DNA of 64,000 nucleotides from positions 226,451 to 290,450 of the forward strand of contig JBFWNL010000005.1 in assembly GCA_050251055.1 (NCBI GenBank). The letters run 5' to 3'. The notes under the pieces were generated by a model. That model had not been told where the DNA came from. It worked only from the letters and a program-made list of their open reading frames with translations, and did no database searches. This document shows positions 38,152 through 46,306 of the stretch, in pieces. Made by a program: the position numbers and the translations under genes. The DNA comes from Bacteriovoracia bacterium. Its GTDB lineage: Bacteria; Bdellovibrionota; UBA1018; JBFWNL01. Within the stretch, counting starts at the first letter, position 1. Each line of letters opens with the position of its first letter.

Positions 38152-38357
38152 TAGGCAACCTCCAATTCCTTAAATAGGTTGGTGCGTTTGAACTCGGGTC
38201 CGAGTTCTCGAAGAACCGTGTCAGGAAACTGGACGTAGTATTCCTCGTTTCCAAATTCCGGGGCGTAGTTGCAAGATGCGCAGTGAGAGTAACTTTTTAA
38301 CCTCTCATACGCATTGTCTCCGCAACGTGGACAGCAGCTCAGACTAATCGGCTTCAC
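38151..38357 (-). CDS. Zn-ribbon small protein, first gene of transfer operon
   Basis: CPRCG...HCASCNY. Confidence 0.7.
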   Translation of the reverse strand: MKPISLSCCPRCGDNAYERLKSYSHCASCNYAPEFGNEEYYVQFPDTVLRELGPEFKRTNLFKELEVA

Positions 38358-38493
38358 TTACTTTCTCTCTTTCCGAGGGAATCAAAACTGGGGATCAGTT
38401 TTGTTCTTCCCTCAATAAGGTAGTTGCAAGAAAGTGAGGTGTTTGTGCCAGGTGCCGCTAAGGGTTCGAATCAAATTGAAGTTTTGAAATTCT

Positions 38494-38635
38494 CGCGCAA
38501 AAAATGCGGAAAATGTTCAGGCAAAAATGCGCGAGATGTTGCGCACGTAAAACACTAAGTGACTATGATCATTGATGACTTTAAAAATTTTCATGTGCGC
38601 AGATTTCTGCGCACTTGCGCACCAAAAGTTGCGCA
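38494..38635. promoter_or_regulatory. Cluster of TGCGCA palindromes (candidate enhancer sites)
   Basis: GTGCGCAGA-TT-TCTGCGCAC 38595-38614; TGCGCG-N6-TGCGCA 38528-38545; further TGCGCA at 38616 and 38630. Confidence 0.7.
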
Positions 38636-38656
38636 TTTTTGCGAATCGAAGAATAG

Positions 38657-38702
38657 TAAAAAGAAAAGAAAAACCCGCAATGGATCCAGTCCATCACGGG
38701 TT
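38657..38702 (-). terminator. Intrinsic terminator of signalling operon
   Basis: Minus-strand AACCCGTGATGGA-CTGGA-TCCATTGCGGGTT followed by TTTCTTTTCTTTTT. Confidence 0.85.
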
Positions 38703-38730
38703 AAGCGTATGAATAGAAGTTTTTGTTTAA

Positions 38731-40086
38731 CTAAGCTTCAAGGCGACCCAAAACCGCGCGTAAGGTACTTTCTTTCATTCCCAAACGGGCTGCTGCCTGC
38801 CTTTGAGATCCCGCGGTTTTTACTGTGCTAAGAATGAAAGCTTCTTTTTCAGCACGATGACGGGCATCTAGATCGGCCAGGGTGGAAGGCGGATTGATCT
38901 GAAGATCAATATCTCGAAATCTTTGATCTAGTTCAGAAGGACCAATAATTGAATCTGATGAGTTCACTGCCAACTGGCTAACACAGCCTTCAAGCTCACC
39001 AACATTGCCAGGCCAAGGATAGCTTTCGAGTATTCGAATTGCCTTAACTCGAAACGATTTTCTCTTTCCGGTCTCCTTTAAAAACCGTTGGCAGAAATGT
39101 TCGACAAGCAAACCAATGTCTTCCGGACGTTCTCGAAGAGGTGGAACGTCAATGGTCAGAAATTTCAGTCGGTAATATAGGTCTGGCAAAAACGTGCCAT
39201 TTTCTAAACGATCAATCAAATCAGGCTTAGACGCCGCAATGATACGGCAAGAAATATTCGTTTCAACTGTAGCTCCAACTCTTCGGATTTTCTTTTCTCG
39301 AATCGCTCTGAGAAGCGCGGCCTGAGCCTTAAGACTTAAGTGATGGACTTCGTCGAGAAACACGGTGCCGGTCCCGGCCATCTCCAAGATACCAACTTTT
39401 CTGTTCGCTGCTCCTGTGAAAGCACCTTTTTCGTAGCCGAAAAGTTCTGATTCGACCAAATTTCCATCTGCGAATGCCGCGCAATTTACAGAGAAGAGCT
39501 GTTCCTTAGGTCCTCCGTGAATTGCTTTTGCTACCAACTCTTTTCCAGATCCGGTTTCGCCCAGAATTAGCACTGGTGCCGAATTTGAACGGTAAGAAAG
39601 GCATTTTTGAGCGACCTCTGCCATCTTCTGAGATTGACCGATCATCCCGACAGACTTGAGCAGCTCCGAGTTATAGGCTTTGTTTACAGTAGCCTTGAAG
39701 AGTTTCAAACTTTCATCGTATCTCTTACACGCTAGCTCTAATGCCGACTTTAAAGTTTCAAGGTCTTCGTCCTTATTGATGAAATCCACGGCGCCGAGCC
39801 TGTACATTTCTTTAAGCGCTTCTCGGGTATTATCGCACGAATATACGATAATAATCGTTTCGGCATTGATTTCGCGCATCTTTGCCGCCGTTATCGCTCC
39901 ATTCATTCGCGGCATTTGATAATCGAGGAGCACAACCGCGAAATCTCCTTCTGCGGCCGCCAATTTTGAAATTCCTTCTTCGCCCGAAGATGCGGTGTCT
40001 ACCCGGTAACCCCATTCTTCAAGTAAGGCCTCAGTGGCCTTCAAGTTAGAGACATCATCATCTACGGTTAAAATTCGGTATTTCAT
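38731..40086 (-). CDS. Sigma54-dependent (NtrC-family) response regulator
   Basis: Receiver LLDYQMP, GETGSGKE, intact GAFTGA, FLDE, DLYYRL, WPGNVGEL, Fis-type HTH. Confidence 0.96.
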   Translation of the reverse strand: MKYRILTVDDDVSNLKATEALLEEWGYRVDTASSGEEGISKLAAAEGDFAVVLLDYQMPRMNGAITAAKMREINAETIIIVYSCDNTREALKEMYRLGAVDFINKDEDLETLKSALELACKRYDESLKLFKATVNKAYNSELLKSVGMIGQSQKMAEVAQKCLSYRSNSAPVLILGETGSGKELVAKAIHGGPKEQLFSVNCAAFADGNLVESELFGYEKGAFTGAANRKVGILEMAGTGTVFLDEVHHLSLKAQAALLRAIREKKIRRVGATVETNISCRIIAASKPDLIDRLENGTFLPDLYYRLKFLTIDVPPLRERPEDIGLLVEHFCQRFLKETGKRKSFRVKAIRILESYPWPGNVGELEGCVSQLAVNSSDSIIGPSELDQRFRDIDLQINPPSTLADLDARHRAEKEAFILSTVKTAGSQRQAAARLGMKESTLRAVLGRLEA

Positions 40087-41522
40087 ACGCTCATTTCCCT
40101 TAAGGATTCTTGGAAACGTGGTTCAGCTTCAGGTTGAAACTGAATTCTAAATTCTGTGCCGACACTAAGCGCGCTATTGACTGCAATGGTAGCTTCGAAA
40201 TCGTCGCACAGTTTTTTTACAATTGTGAGGCCTAGTCCTGTCCCTCTAGCTGGTTTGGTCGTGAATTCGCCGTCGAAGATTTTATTAAGATGCTCTGTAG
40301 GAATGCCAGCACCATTGTCTTTAACTGTAAGGGTGGGATAGCCCTCTAAAGCCGAAACCAAAATTTCAATTCTTCCCGTATTGTTTTCTACGGCATCTAA
40401 GGAATTTCGAACTAAGTTGTCGATGATTCTGTAAAATTGGACCTTTGGAATCTTTGCGAATGCAGAGTTGGTTTCTATAGTGCAAGTAACTTCAATCCCA
40501 CGGACGTGAAAGTCCGGAGTTTTTTTAAGATCGTTAACGAATTCGGCCGCCTCGTGGCTTGGATCGCAACCTTCCAGGAGTACTCCTGAATTATGAAGAC
40601 CCGGTCCGATAACTTGAATCTGTCGAAGGATGTCACCCATTCTTTCCAGCGATCTTTGAGTTAGTTTTAATAGAACTGGATCAGCTAAGCCGGTGCGATT
40701 TGCCCTTGCGGCAAGAACGGTTAGAAACTTGGTTATTTGAGAGTACGGAGTTTTTAGGTCGTGCCCAATTTCTTTGACCATTGTCAGTTGTGTTTTCATT
40801 CGAGCGTCACGGGCCGCAATTTCGGTCAGCCGGGCAATGTCGAGGTGTAACTTGGAAACAGCCTGATCCACGGTCGTCATTTCGGTGAAAGGTACAAGGC
40901 TATTTTGTTGGGGATTAGTGGGAGTCTCTTTTATCCGCTTTGCCCATTTATCCATTGTGTCTTTTATCAAGGACACAGTTCGCTGTTGAGTTGATGAAAG
41001 GCCCAACGCAATAATAGAAAACACTACTCCTAAGAAAACTAAAAAGACGCTTAATAGCGGCCAGTTTTGTGGATTGTTAGTCCTCAGCTCGACATATCCG
41101 AATAAGCTCTCTTTAAGATCATCATTAAAATAAACCGGCTGAAGATAAGTAACGTACCCTGAAATCAAATCCCAACATGGCTTGCCAGGGGTTTTGCACT
41201 TGTTTGGAATATCGACCAAATCATTAGCGTAAATCGTTTTGTAATCGGGATCGCGAACAACCACGTATTCGCCTTCGCTGAGTCCTAAAGTTCGCTTCAT
41301 TTGAAATTGCGCATCGCGAATATTTTTATCTAAGATCATTGGTCTGAAAGCTCGTGCAACTGCTTGTGTAAGAGTTGAAATACGTGTTTCAGCCGAATGC
41401 ATCGAAAGGTAAAAGAAAAACGGAAGCGATACCGCAGCCGTCAGCGCTAAGCCTATCAAAGCCCACTTTTTTGATAAATGTTGCAATGCTGTAGAAAGGC
41501 TTTGCTGAACCGTGGGTTTCAT
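40083..41522 (-). CDS. Sensor histidine kinase
   Basis: Two TM segments flanking a ~110-aa periplasmic domain, HDLKTP H-box, NLVRNS, DNGAGI, GTGLGL. Confidence 0.93.
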   Translation of the reverse strand: MKPTVQQSLSTALQHLSKKWALIGLALTAAVSLPFFFYLSMHSAETRISTLTQAVARAFRPMILDKNIRDAQFQMKRTLGLSEGEYVVVRDPDYKTIYANDLVDIPNKCKTPGKPCWDLISGYVTYLQPVYFNDDLKESLFGYVELRTNNPQNWPLLSVFLVFLGVVFSIIALGLSSTQQRTVSLIKDTMDKWAKRIKETPTNPQQNSLVPFTEMTTVDQAVSKLHLDIARLTEIAARDARMKTQLTMVKEIGHDLKTPYSQITKFLTVLAARANRTGLADPVLLKLTQRSLERMGDILRQIQVIGPGLHNSGVLLEGCDPSHEAAEFVNDLKKTPDFHVRGIEVTCTIETNSAFAKIPKVQFYRIIDNLVRNSLDAVENNTGRIEILVSALEGYPTLTVKDNGAGIPTEHLNKIFDGEFTTKPARGTGLGLTIVKKLCDDFEATIAVNSALSVGTEFRIQFQPEAEPRFQESLREMSV

Positions 41523-43009
41523 TTGCCCGCCAATCCCTTGAAGCGGATTTTGGAGAAAGTCACTGATTCGTCGGAAGTTGGTATATCTCTAAAATCGAGT
41601 TCTGGACCCCCAATGGCCAAGGTAGACAGATGGAAGAGCGGAAGGACATGGCCCTTAATCGTTGCGTCGGTCATAATTGAGCGCATCATTTTGAGCCGTT
41701 TACTTGAGTCAGATTCTTTTCTCGCTGCATCCAATCGCGCAACGAACGGCTCATTTCCAGATCTAACAACAGGCGTATCACCTTCGAAGTAGTACGACAT
41801 CGCACCTTCTGGATCAGGATCGGCCATCCCCATAGTGCTGACATAAATGTCGTAATCACCTTTCCTTTTGTGTTCACCCAACTTATCGAGCGTCGTGAAG
41901 ATATATTCAGGCGCAATGCCTAAAGCATCAGTCAGAACGGCTTTGATGTTCTTTTGTAAGATGGGATTCACGCGAGTAGACGCGAGCAAAACTCTCAAAG
42001 GGGTCCGCTTGAATCGTTCAGGCATTGAATTGTTTGAGTTTGGAACTGGTGTAGGAAATGAATCGTCAAATAACTGATAGCCTATCGGGAACACTTGAGC
42101 GGTAGCGGAAAAGCCCGAAAGCCCTTCTGTGAGTTTGGTTCTGTTAATGCTCTTGTATAGATATCGAAATAAGGCCGTTCCATCTGCGGTTACAAAATTC
42201 TTAGATAGTTGAAGAAGAAAAATCTTATCTAAAGGACGAGTCCAAACTTCGTATTTTTTGCTTTTGTATGTCGACAGTAGGTCTCCCGGAATTAAAGAAT
42301 TTACTTCGACGAGATTTGCCCAGCTGTCCTCAAGCATCACTTTTTGCAAATCGAGGGTACCCTCTGGTTTCCGAATAATGATCTCCTCGGGCATTTTGTC
42401 ATTTCCGAAAATCCACTGAGGATTACGTTTTAAAACCAATTCTGCATTCGTGTCTTTGCTTAAGTAGAAAGCACCGGTTGTAGTGGAAAGGTCAACGTTA
42501 CCGTCAGCTTTCACCTTTAAGACGCCGAAGTTGGGTTCCGTAAGTTTTCCGAGAAGATTACTGGCGGACGTCGGTGTGGAGAGATGAAACTCAACTACGG
42601 ATTCGCTTGGAGCAGTTATGTCTTTAACAATATTTATAAGACTGCGCAGATCTTCCGGGTACTTTTTAAATCCTCGCTCGAAACTCTTTTTTACGTCAGC
42701 GGCAGTTAGTTTTGTGCCGTCCGACCATTTCACATCTTTTCGAAGCTTGAATCTGTAAACCTTTTCTGCGACTGCTTCCCACGATTCAGCGAGAGCGCCC
42801 ATGAATTGTTTGTCGTGGTCCCATTGTACGAGCCTCGACGCGAGTCCGTAAGATAGATCCATGTCCGGAATAGTTACAATCTGGACCGGATCCACCGGGT
42901 ACGAATACGACATGTAAGTTCGAACTTGTTTCATAGATCTCTTTTCAATTGCCTCTGCTGCCGAAACAAAAAATTGCACTGTCAGACACGCGAAAACCAA
43001 AAAACGCAT
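41519..43009 (-). CDS. Family-5 (OppA/DppA-like) periplasmic solute-binding protein, orphan
   Basis: Signal peptide, LAESWE...YRFKLRKDVKWSDGTKLTAADVKKSF, TGAFYL...LVLKRNP; no permease/ATPase nearby. Confidence 0.9.
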   Translation of the reverse strand: MRFLVFACLTVQFFVSAAEAIEKRSMKQVRTYMSYSYPVDPVQIVTIPDMDLSYGLASRLVQWDHDKQFMGALAESWEAVAEKVYRFKLRKDVKWSDGTKLTAADVKKSFERGFKKYPEDLRSLINIVKDITAPSESVVEFHLSTPTSASNLLGKLTEPNFGVLKVKADGNVDLSTTTGAFYLSKDTNAELVLKRNPQWIFGNDKMPEEIIIRKPEGTLDLQKVMLEDSWANLVEVNSLIPGDLLSTYKSKKYEVWTRPLDKIFLLQLSKNFVTADGTALFRYLYKSINRTKLTEGLSGFSATAQVFPIGYQLFDDSFPTPVPNSNNSMPERFKRTPLRVLLASTRVNPILQKNIKAVLTDALGIAPEYIFTTLDKLGEHKRKGDYDIYVSTMGMADPDPEGAMSYYFEGDTPVVRSGNEPFVARLDAARKESDSSKRLKMMRSIMTDATIKGHVLPLFHLSTLAIGGPELDFRDIPTSDESVTFSKIRFKGLAGK

Positions 43010-43021
43010 ACAACGCTTTCG

Positions 43022-43059
43022 TAGTAGGCATTTCGAAGGTGAATTCGAGATGCCTACTA
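43022..43059. repeat. 16-bp stem-loop between peptide gene and binding-protein gene
   Basis: TAGTAGGCATTTCGAA-ggtgaa-TTCGAGATGCCTACTA, one mismatch. Confidence 0.8.
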
Positions 43060-43072
43060 TTTCGATTTGGGT

Positions 43073-43216
43073 TTACTTTTCGCAGGTAGCGCCACTACCT
43101 GCTTCACGACTATGTTCTCCAGCCTGCGCGGCGAGCCCGAGAAGTGATTTCGCACCTCCAGAGAACGCAGTGAGTGCCAAAAGAACTGCTACGATTGACT
43201 TCTTGAGGAAAGACAT
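43073..43216 (-). CDS. Putative secreted precursor peptide (47 aa)
   Basis: GAAAGGGG RBS; MSFLKKSIVAVLLALTAFSGGAKSLLGLAAQA|GEHSREAGSGATCEK with Sec-like signal and AQA site; directly after YcaO gene. Confidence 0.75.
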   Translation of the reverse strand: MSFLKKSIVAVLLALTAFSGGAKSLLGLAAQAGEHSREAGSGATCEK

Positions 43217-43238
43217 AAAACCCCTTTCTTCCTCTACG

Positions 43239-44279
43239 TTATGGGACAAAATGCGGGAGAGAGCACAATGCCCTCCCTCCACAAACTTTTTCTAAATGTT
43301 CAAAGTTGATCCAGCCACGAGAAGCGGCCGCTTCCGCGCTTCCAAAAAATAGATCCTGCACTTCCTTGCTGGCGCAATGTGCGACGAAAAGAGGGCCAAA
43401 CTGGAAGTCAGAAAAAGAGCTTTTCGGCAGCTTGTTCTTCAGTGCTCTGGAGCGTTCATTCCAATTTCTTGATGCTGCTGAGAACAAAATCGAATTTCCA
43501 AACAACCAAGTAGGGAGCTTAGAGTGATATGCGTAGTAGACGGAGTGGCCTTCAGGGGAGCTTGGTTTGTCCAAATCAGGAGGAGAAATAAATCCTTGTT
43601 CAGCAAAATCGGCAATTCTGCAAACTTCGGCCAGCGCTCTTTCAATGGCTCCTCGCAGAGAACTCGATGAAGCTTGGGAGGAAAAAGCAAAACCATCTTT
43701 GTCCTGCAAAATGGTTACAACACTAGGTGCAGTTCCTAATGTTGAAGTCAAAATTCTGAGCTGGTTAAAGCGCGGTGCGAGGCTCAGTTCTTTTGATGCC
43801 CATTCAATTAGGTCTTTCGGTAAGGTGTGGGCGGCTATTTCGAGAAATGGGGTCTGACTGAGCCAATGGAGCAAAATTGAATCCCGCTCCAGTAGTTCCG
43901 TTTGCGCTGCCGCTCGAGCTTTCTGGGGAGTTAGATGCGCGGCCCAGCCGCTGGAAGACCTAAGGTCTGGATTGAGTTTCTTGGCTAATTTGAAAACACA
44001 ACGTTCAACCGCCTCTGAGATACTCTTCTGAAGCGCCAAAAGTTCAAAATCGCTTTCACCGTAACCGGATGCGACCACTTCGCCTTCAGCCTCAATCTTT
44101 GTCATGATCGAGTGCCTATTAAATCTGTAGCCCTGCATGCGTTTAGCGGGGCTAGAGGCAGTGATCTTGAATGTCAGAGGGGACAGACCGGGAAAAGTGA
44201 ATTGAACGCCCTTAAAGAATTCTGTGAGCTTTTGGCTTACGAGCACGGACCGGATGATTTCTATAATGCTCAGGCTCAC
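43239..44279 (-). CDS. Stand-alone YcaO-like enzyme (start revised to GTG 44279)
   Basis: SGYGES...ALQKSISEAVER, SSGWAAH...ELLERDS, AIERALAE ATP/Mg motifs; Pro-containing C-terminus LPHFVP; AAAGGAG RBS. Confidence 0.85.
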   Translation of the reverse strand: MSLSIIEIIRSVLVSQKLTEFFKGVQFTFPGLSPLTFKITASSPAKRMQGYRFNRHSIMTKIEAEGEVVASGYGESDFELLALQKSISEAVERCVFKLAKKLNPDLRSSSGWAAHLTPQKARAAAQTELLERDSILLHWLSQTPFLEIAAHTLPKDLIEWASKELSLAPRFNQLRILTSTLGTAPSVVTILQDKDGFAFSSQASSSSLRGAIERALAEVCRIADFAEQGFISPPDLDKPSSPEGHSVYYAYHSKLPTWLFGNSILFSAASRNWNERSRALKNKLPKSSFSDFQFGPLFVAHCASKEVQDLFFGSAEAAASRGWINFEHLEKVCGGRALCSLPHFVP

Positions 44280-44317
44280 AGGTACTCCTTTCAGAAAGTT
44301 CACTCGCGGAACATTAG

Positions 44318-44334
44318 AGCAACCCCTGAGCCAA
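44318..44334 (-). promoter_or_regulatory. Sigma54 -24/-12 promoter of the ycaO operon
   Basis: Minus-strand TTGGCTCAGGGGTTGCT, exact GG-N10-GC spacing. Confidence 0.8.
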
Positions 44335-44430
44335 TCACTGATGCAACGTATAGAATCTGGCTAAGCGTCCGAAGAGTAAGGGCTTTTAACTCCTATGACG
44401 CAATAAGTCAAATATTTGTTTGAGGTCAAA

Positions 44431-44620
44431 AATGCGCAAGTTATTGCGCATTTAGTTCGAGATGATAGGGGCCTGTGGCGAAAAAGCTAAACGCTTCCAA
44501 ATAGATATGCGCAAGATAAAGAGGTGCGCAGGAAACTGCGCACCTCTAGACTGGCATCCTAAAAAAGCTATGGAAAACAAATATTTACCCAACCCACGAC
44601 CATGCGCAAGAAAGTGCGCT
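44431..44620. promoter_or_regulatory. TGCGCA-N6-TGCGCA palindromes (candidate enhancer sites)
   Basis: 44433-44450, 44525-44542 (11-bp perfect arms), 44603-44620 (one mismatch), half-site at 44508; 100-290 bp upstream of the sigma54 promoter. Confidence 0.75.
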
Positions 44621-44711
44621 AGACGAAGCCGGTTACTTCAAGAGCCGCTCAAGGTCAGTCGAATGCTCCCTGCGACTGAATTCGGGTCATTGGGCTCAAA
44701 GTCGGTCTAAT

Positions 44712-45248
44712 CTACTTTAAGAACACTTCGTCAACTGGTGTTTTTGCGACATGGTTCACATAATTACTGAGCGTTTTCATCGCTACGCCGAGCATGACCT
44801 CTAAAACATGTTTTTGTGTATAGCCTTGAGAGAAAAAGGCGGAAAGGTCTTGCTCACTTGGATTACCTCTTGAAGAGACAATATTTTTTGTAAATGCGCC
44901 TAATGCGTTTAATTTGGGATCTGCAAGGGTAGCCCCCATCTTAATCTTCTCAATGCTATCAGAGTCCATTTTTGCAATATTTCTAGCCAACATAGAGTGC
45001 GCTGCTAAACAATAACCACACTCGTTTTCCTTGCTGACAGACAGAAGAACAACCTGTTGTTCGATGGGTGAAAACGACGTTTTTGAGAAAAAATCAGAAA
45101 GCGCGAGATAAGAACTTAATACCGCCTTACTCTCAGCCATGACTCCCATGAGATTAGGAACAAAAGACATGGCCCCCTTTACGCCTTCCAAAAGTGATTT
45201 GCTTTCACTTGGACTTGTTTCTGGTGAATGAACTTTAAAATCTGACAT
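44712..45248 (-). CDS. Carboxymuconolactone decarboxylase/AhpD-family protein
   Basis: FVPNLMGVMAES, ENECGYCLAAH, KTLSNYVNH. Confidence 0.9.
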   Translation of the reverse strand: MSDFKVHSPETSPSESKSLLEGVKGAMSFVPNLMGVMAESKAVLSSYLALSDFFSKTSFSPIEQQVVLLSVSKENECGYCLAAHSMLARNIAKMDSDSIEKIKMGATLADPKLNALGAFTKNIVSSRGNPSEQDLSAFFSQGYTQKHVLEVMLGVAMKTLSNYVNHVAKTPVDEVFLK

Positions 45249-45262
45249 GATTTTCTCCTTTT

Positions 45263-45292
45263 ACCCTAATGTTTATATGTAAACATTAGGGT
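45263..45292. promoter_or_regulatory. Operator palindrome 1 (probable MarR site)
   Basis: ACCCTAATGTTTA-TATG-TAAACATTAGGGT; 20-bp core identical at 59404. Confidence 0.8.
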
Positions 45293-45395
45293 GAGCAAGC
45301 GGTGAATTGCTTAAACGAGAATGAAGCGGCGCGGCTGGCTTCTTAGCTGGGATACCGCTTCAAGAAACGGACGAACAAAGCTACAATCAAACAAG

Positions 45396-45863
45396 ATGTC
45401 CGAGAAACGTAAGCCGCCCAAAAAACTTGCTGCCATGACGGAGCTTCTGGAAGATCCTCAAGTCCAGTCGTGGCTGGCTATTATGGGCGCCTTCAAATCT
45501 GTTTTGACTGAACTTGAAAAAGGTCTAATGGGTGACGGCTTACATGTTTCCAGGTTTCAAATTCTATTTTATCTTTACTTCCAGCCGCCGCTCTCTGCGG
45601 CTGATATTGCTCGAAAGCTTTTGGTGACTCGAGGGAATATTTCGATGTTTTTAAAGAGGCTTGAGAAGGACAAGCAAATCGTGGTTTGCCCAACCAGTCC
45701 TAGCATGCAAAGACCTCTTTACAGACTCAGTGAAGAAGCTGAACGTCAGTTCGAAAAAATCTTTCCCGACCATATCAAGAGGGTGAAAAAACTTGTTCCT
45801 GCTTTGCCTAAAGCGGTCGTTCAGTCTTTGCACAAGCTCGGCAAGGCTGATTCTGAAATCTAG
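45396..45863 (+). CDS. MarR-family regulator (start uncertain)
   Basis: SRFQILFYLYF..LSAADIARKLLVTRGNISMFLKRLEK. Confidence 0.88.
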   Translation: MSEKRKPPKKLAAMTELLEDPQVQSWLAIMGAFKSVLTELEKGLMGDGLHVSRFQILFYLYFQPPLSAADIARKLLVTRGNISMFLKRLEKDKQIVVCPTSPSMQRPLYRLSEEAERQFEKIFPDHIKRVKKLVPALPKAVVQSLHKLGKADSEI

Positions 45864-46303
45864 ATCGCAGCAATCGTTATCTGTTTTAGAGTTTGAAGCG
45901 AATCCTGTGGCAATACAGGCATGGAAGCTTTCACCCTCCGTATGTGAGCCGGCAGGAGTTTTTCGAAAAATGCGTTGCCTTTGATTGTAAGCATGTAACA
46001 CGGACGCTTTGCTGAAGATGATTCAGGGCACTTCGTCACAAGGCCATCTGCAATCATTCGCCGTAAAAACATAGACATGTTCGACCTGGTTACAAGCATT
46101 TTTCGTGAAAGCTCGATTGGAGCTAGAGACCCTTCAAAATAAAGAAAAAAGAGAAGCTGGAATCTTGAATAGGTGCAGCCATCTTTCAAGAGTGCTTCCT
46201 CAAAAGCTCTGTAAAGAGTTTGGAATGCGTTCATCAGGGCGCGCCACGATTCGACCTCCGATGACTTCAAGAGTGAAGATAGCTTTTTTTTTGAGGTTTT
46301 CAA
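45860..46303 (-). CDS. MarR-family regulator, paralog of the convergent gene
   Basis: SRFQLLFFLYF..LAPIELSRKMLVTRSNMSMFLRRMIADGLV. Confidence 0.88.
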   Translation of the reverse strand: MKTSKKKLSSLLKSSEVESWRALMNAFQTLYRAFEEALLKDGCTYSRFQLLFFLYFEGSLAPIELSRKMLVTRSNMSMFLRRMIADGLVTKCPESSSAKRPCYMLTIKGNAFFEKLLPAHIRRVKASMPVLPQDSLQTLKQITIAAI

Positions 46304-46306
46304 AAA

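Noticed and set aside
38494-38635. CRISPR-like array from TGCGCA repeats
   Set aside because: Repeats are short and irregularly spaced, with no unique spacers and no cas genes
38559-38831. Plus-strand ORFs over the TGCGCA clusters (also 44462-44710)
   Set aside because: They run through palindromic regulatory DNA and a terminator and have no recognisable protein features
41519-43009. Ordinary oligopeptide ABC importer
   Set aside because: No permease or ATPase genes in the window; the gene overlaps a histidine kinase start
43073-43282. 69-aa version of the peptide ORF given in the track
   Set aside because: Overlaps the ycaO 3' end and lacks an RBS; ATG at 43216 has an RBS and starts a clean signal peptide
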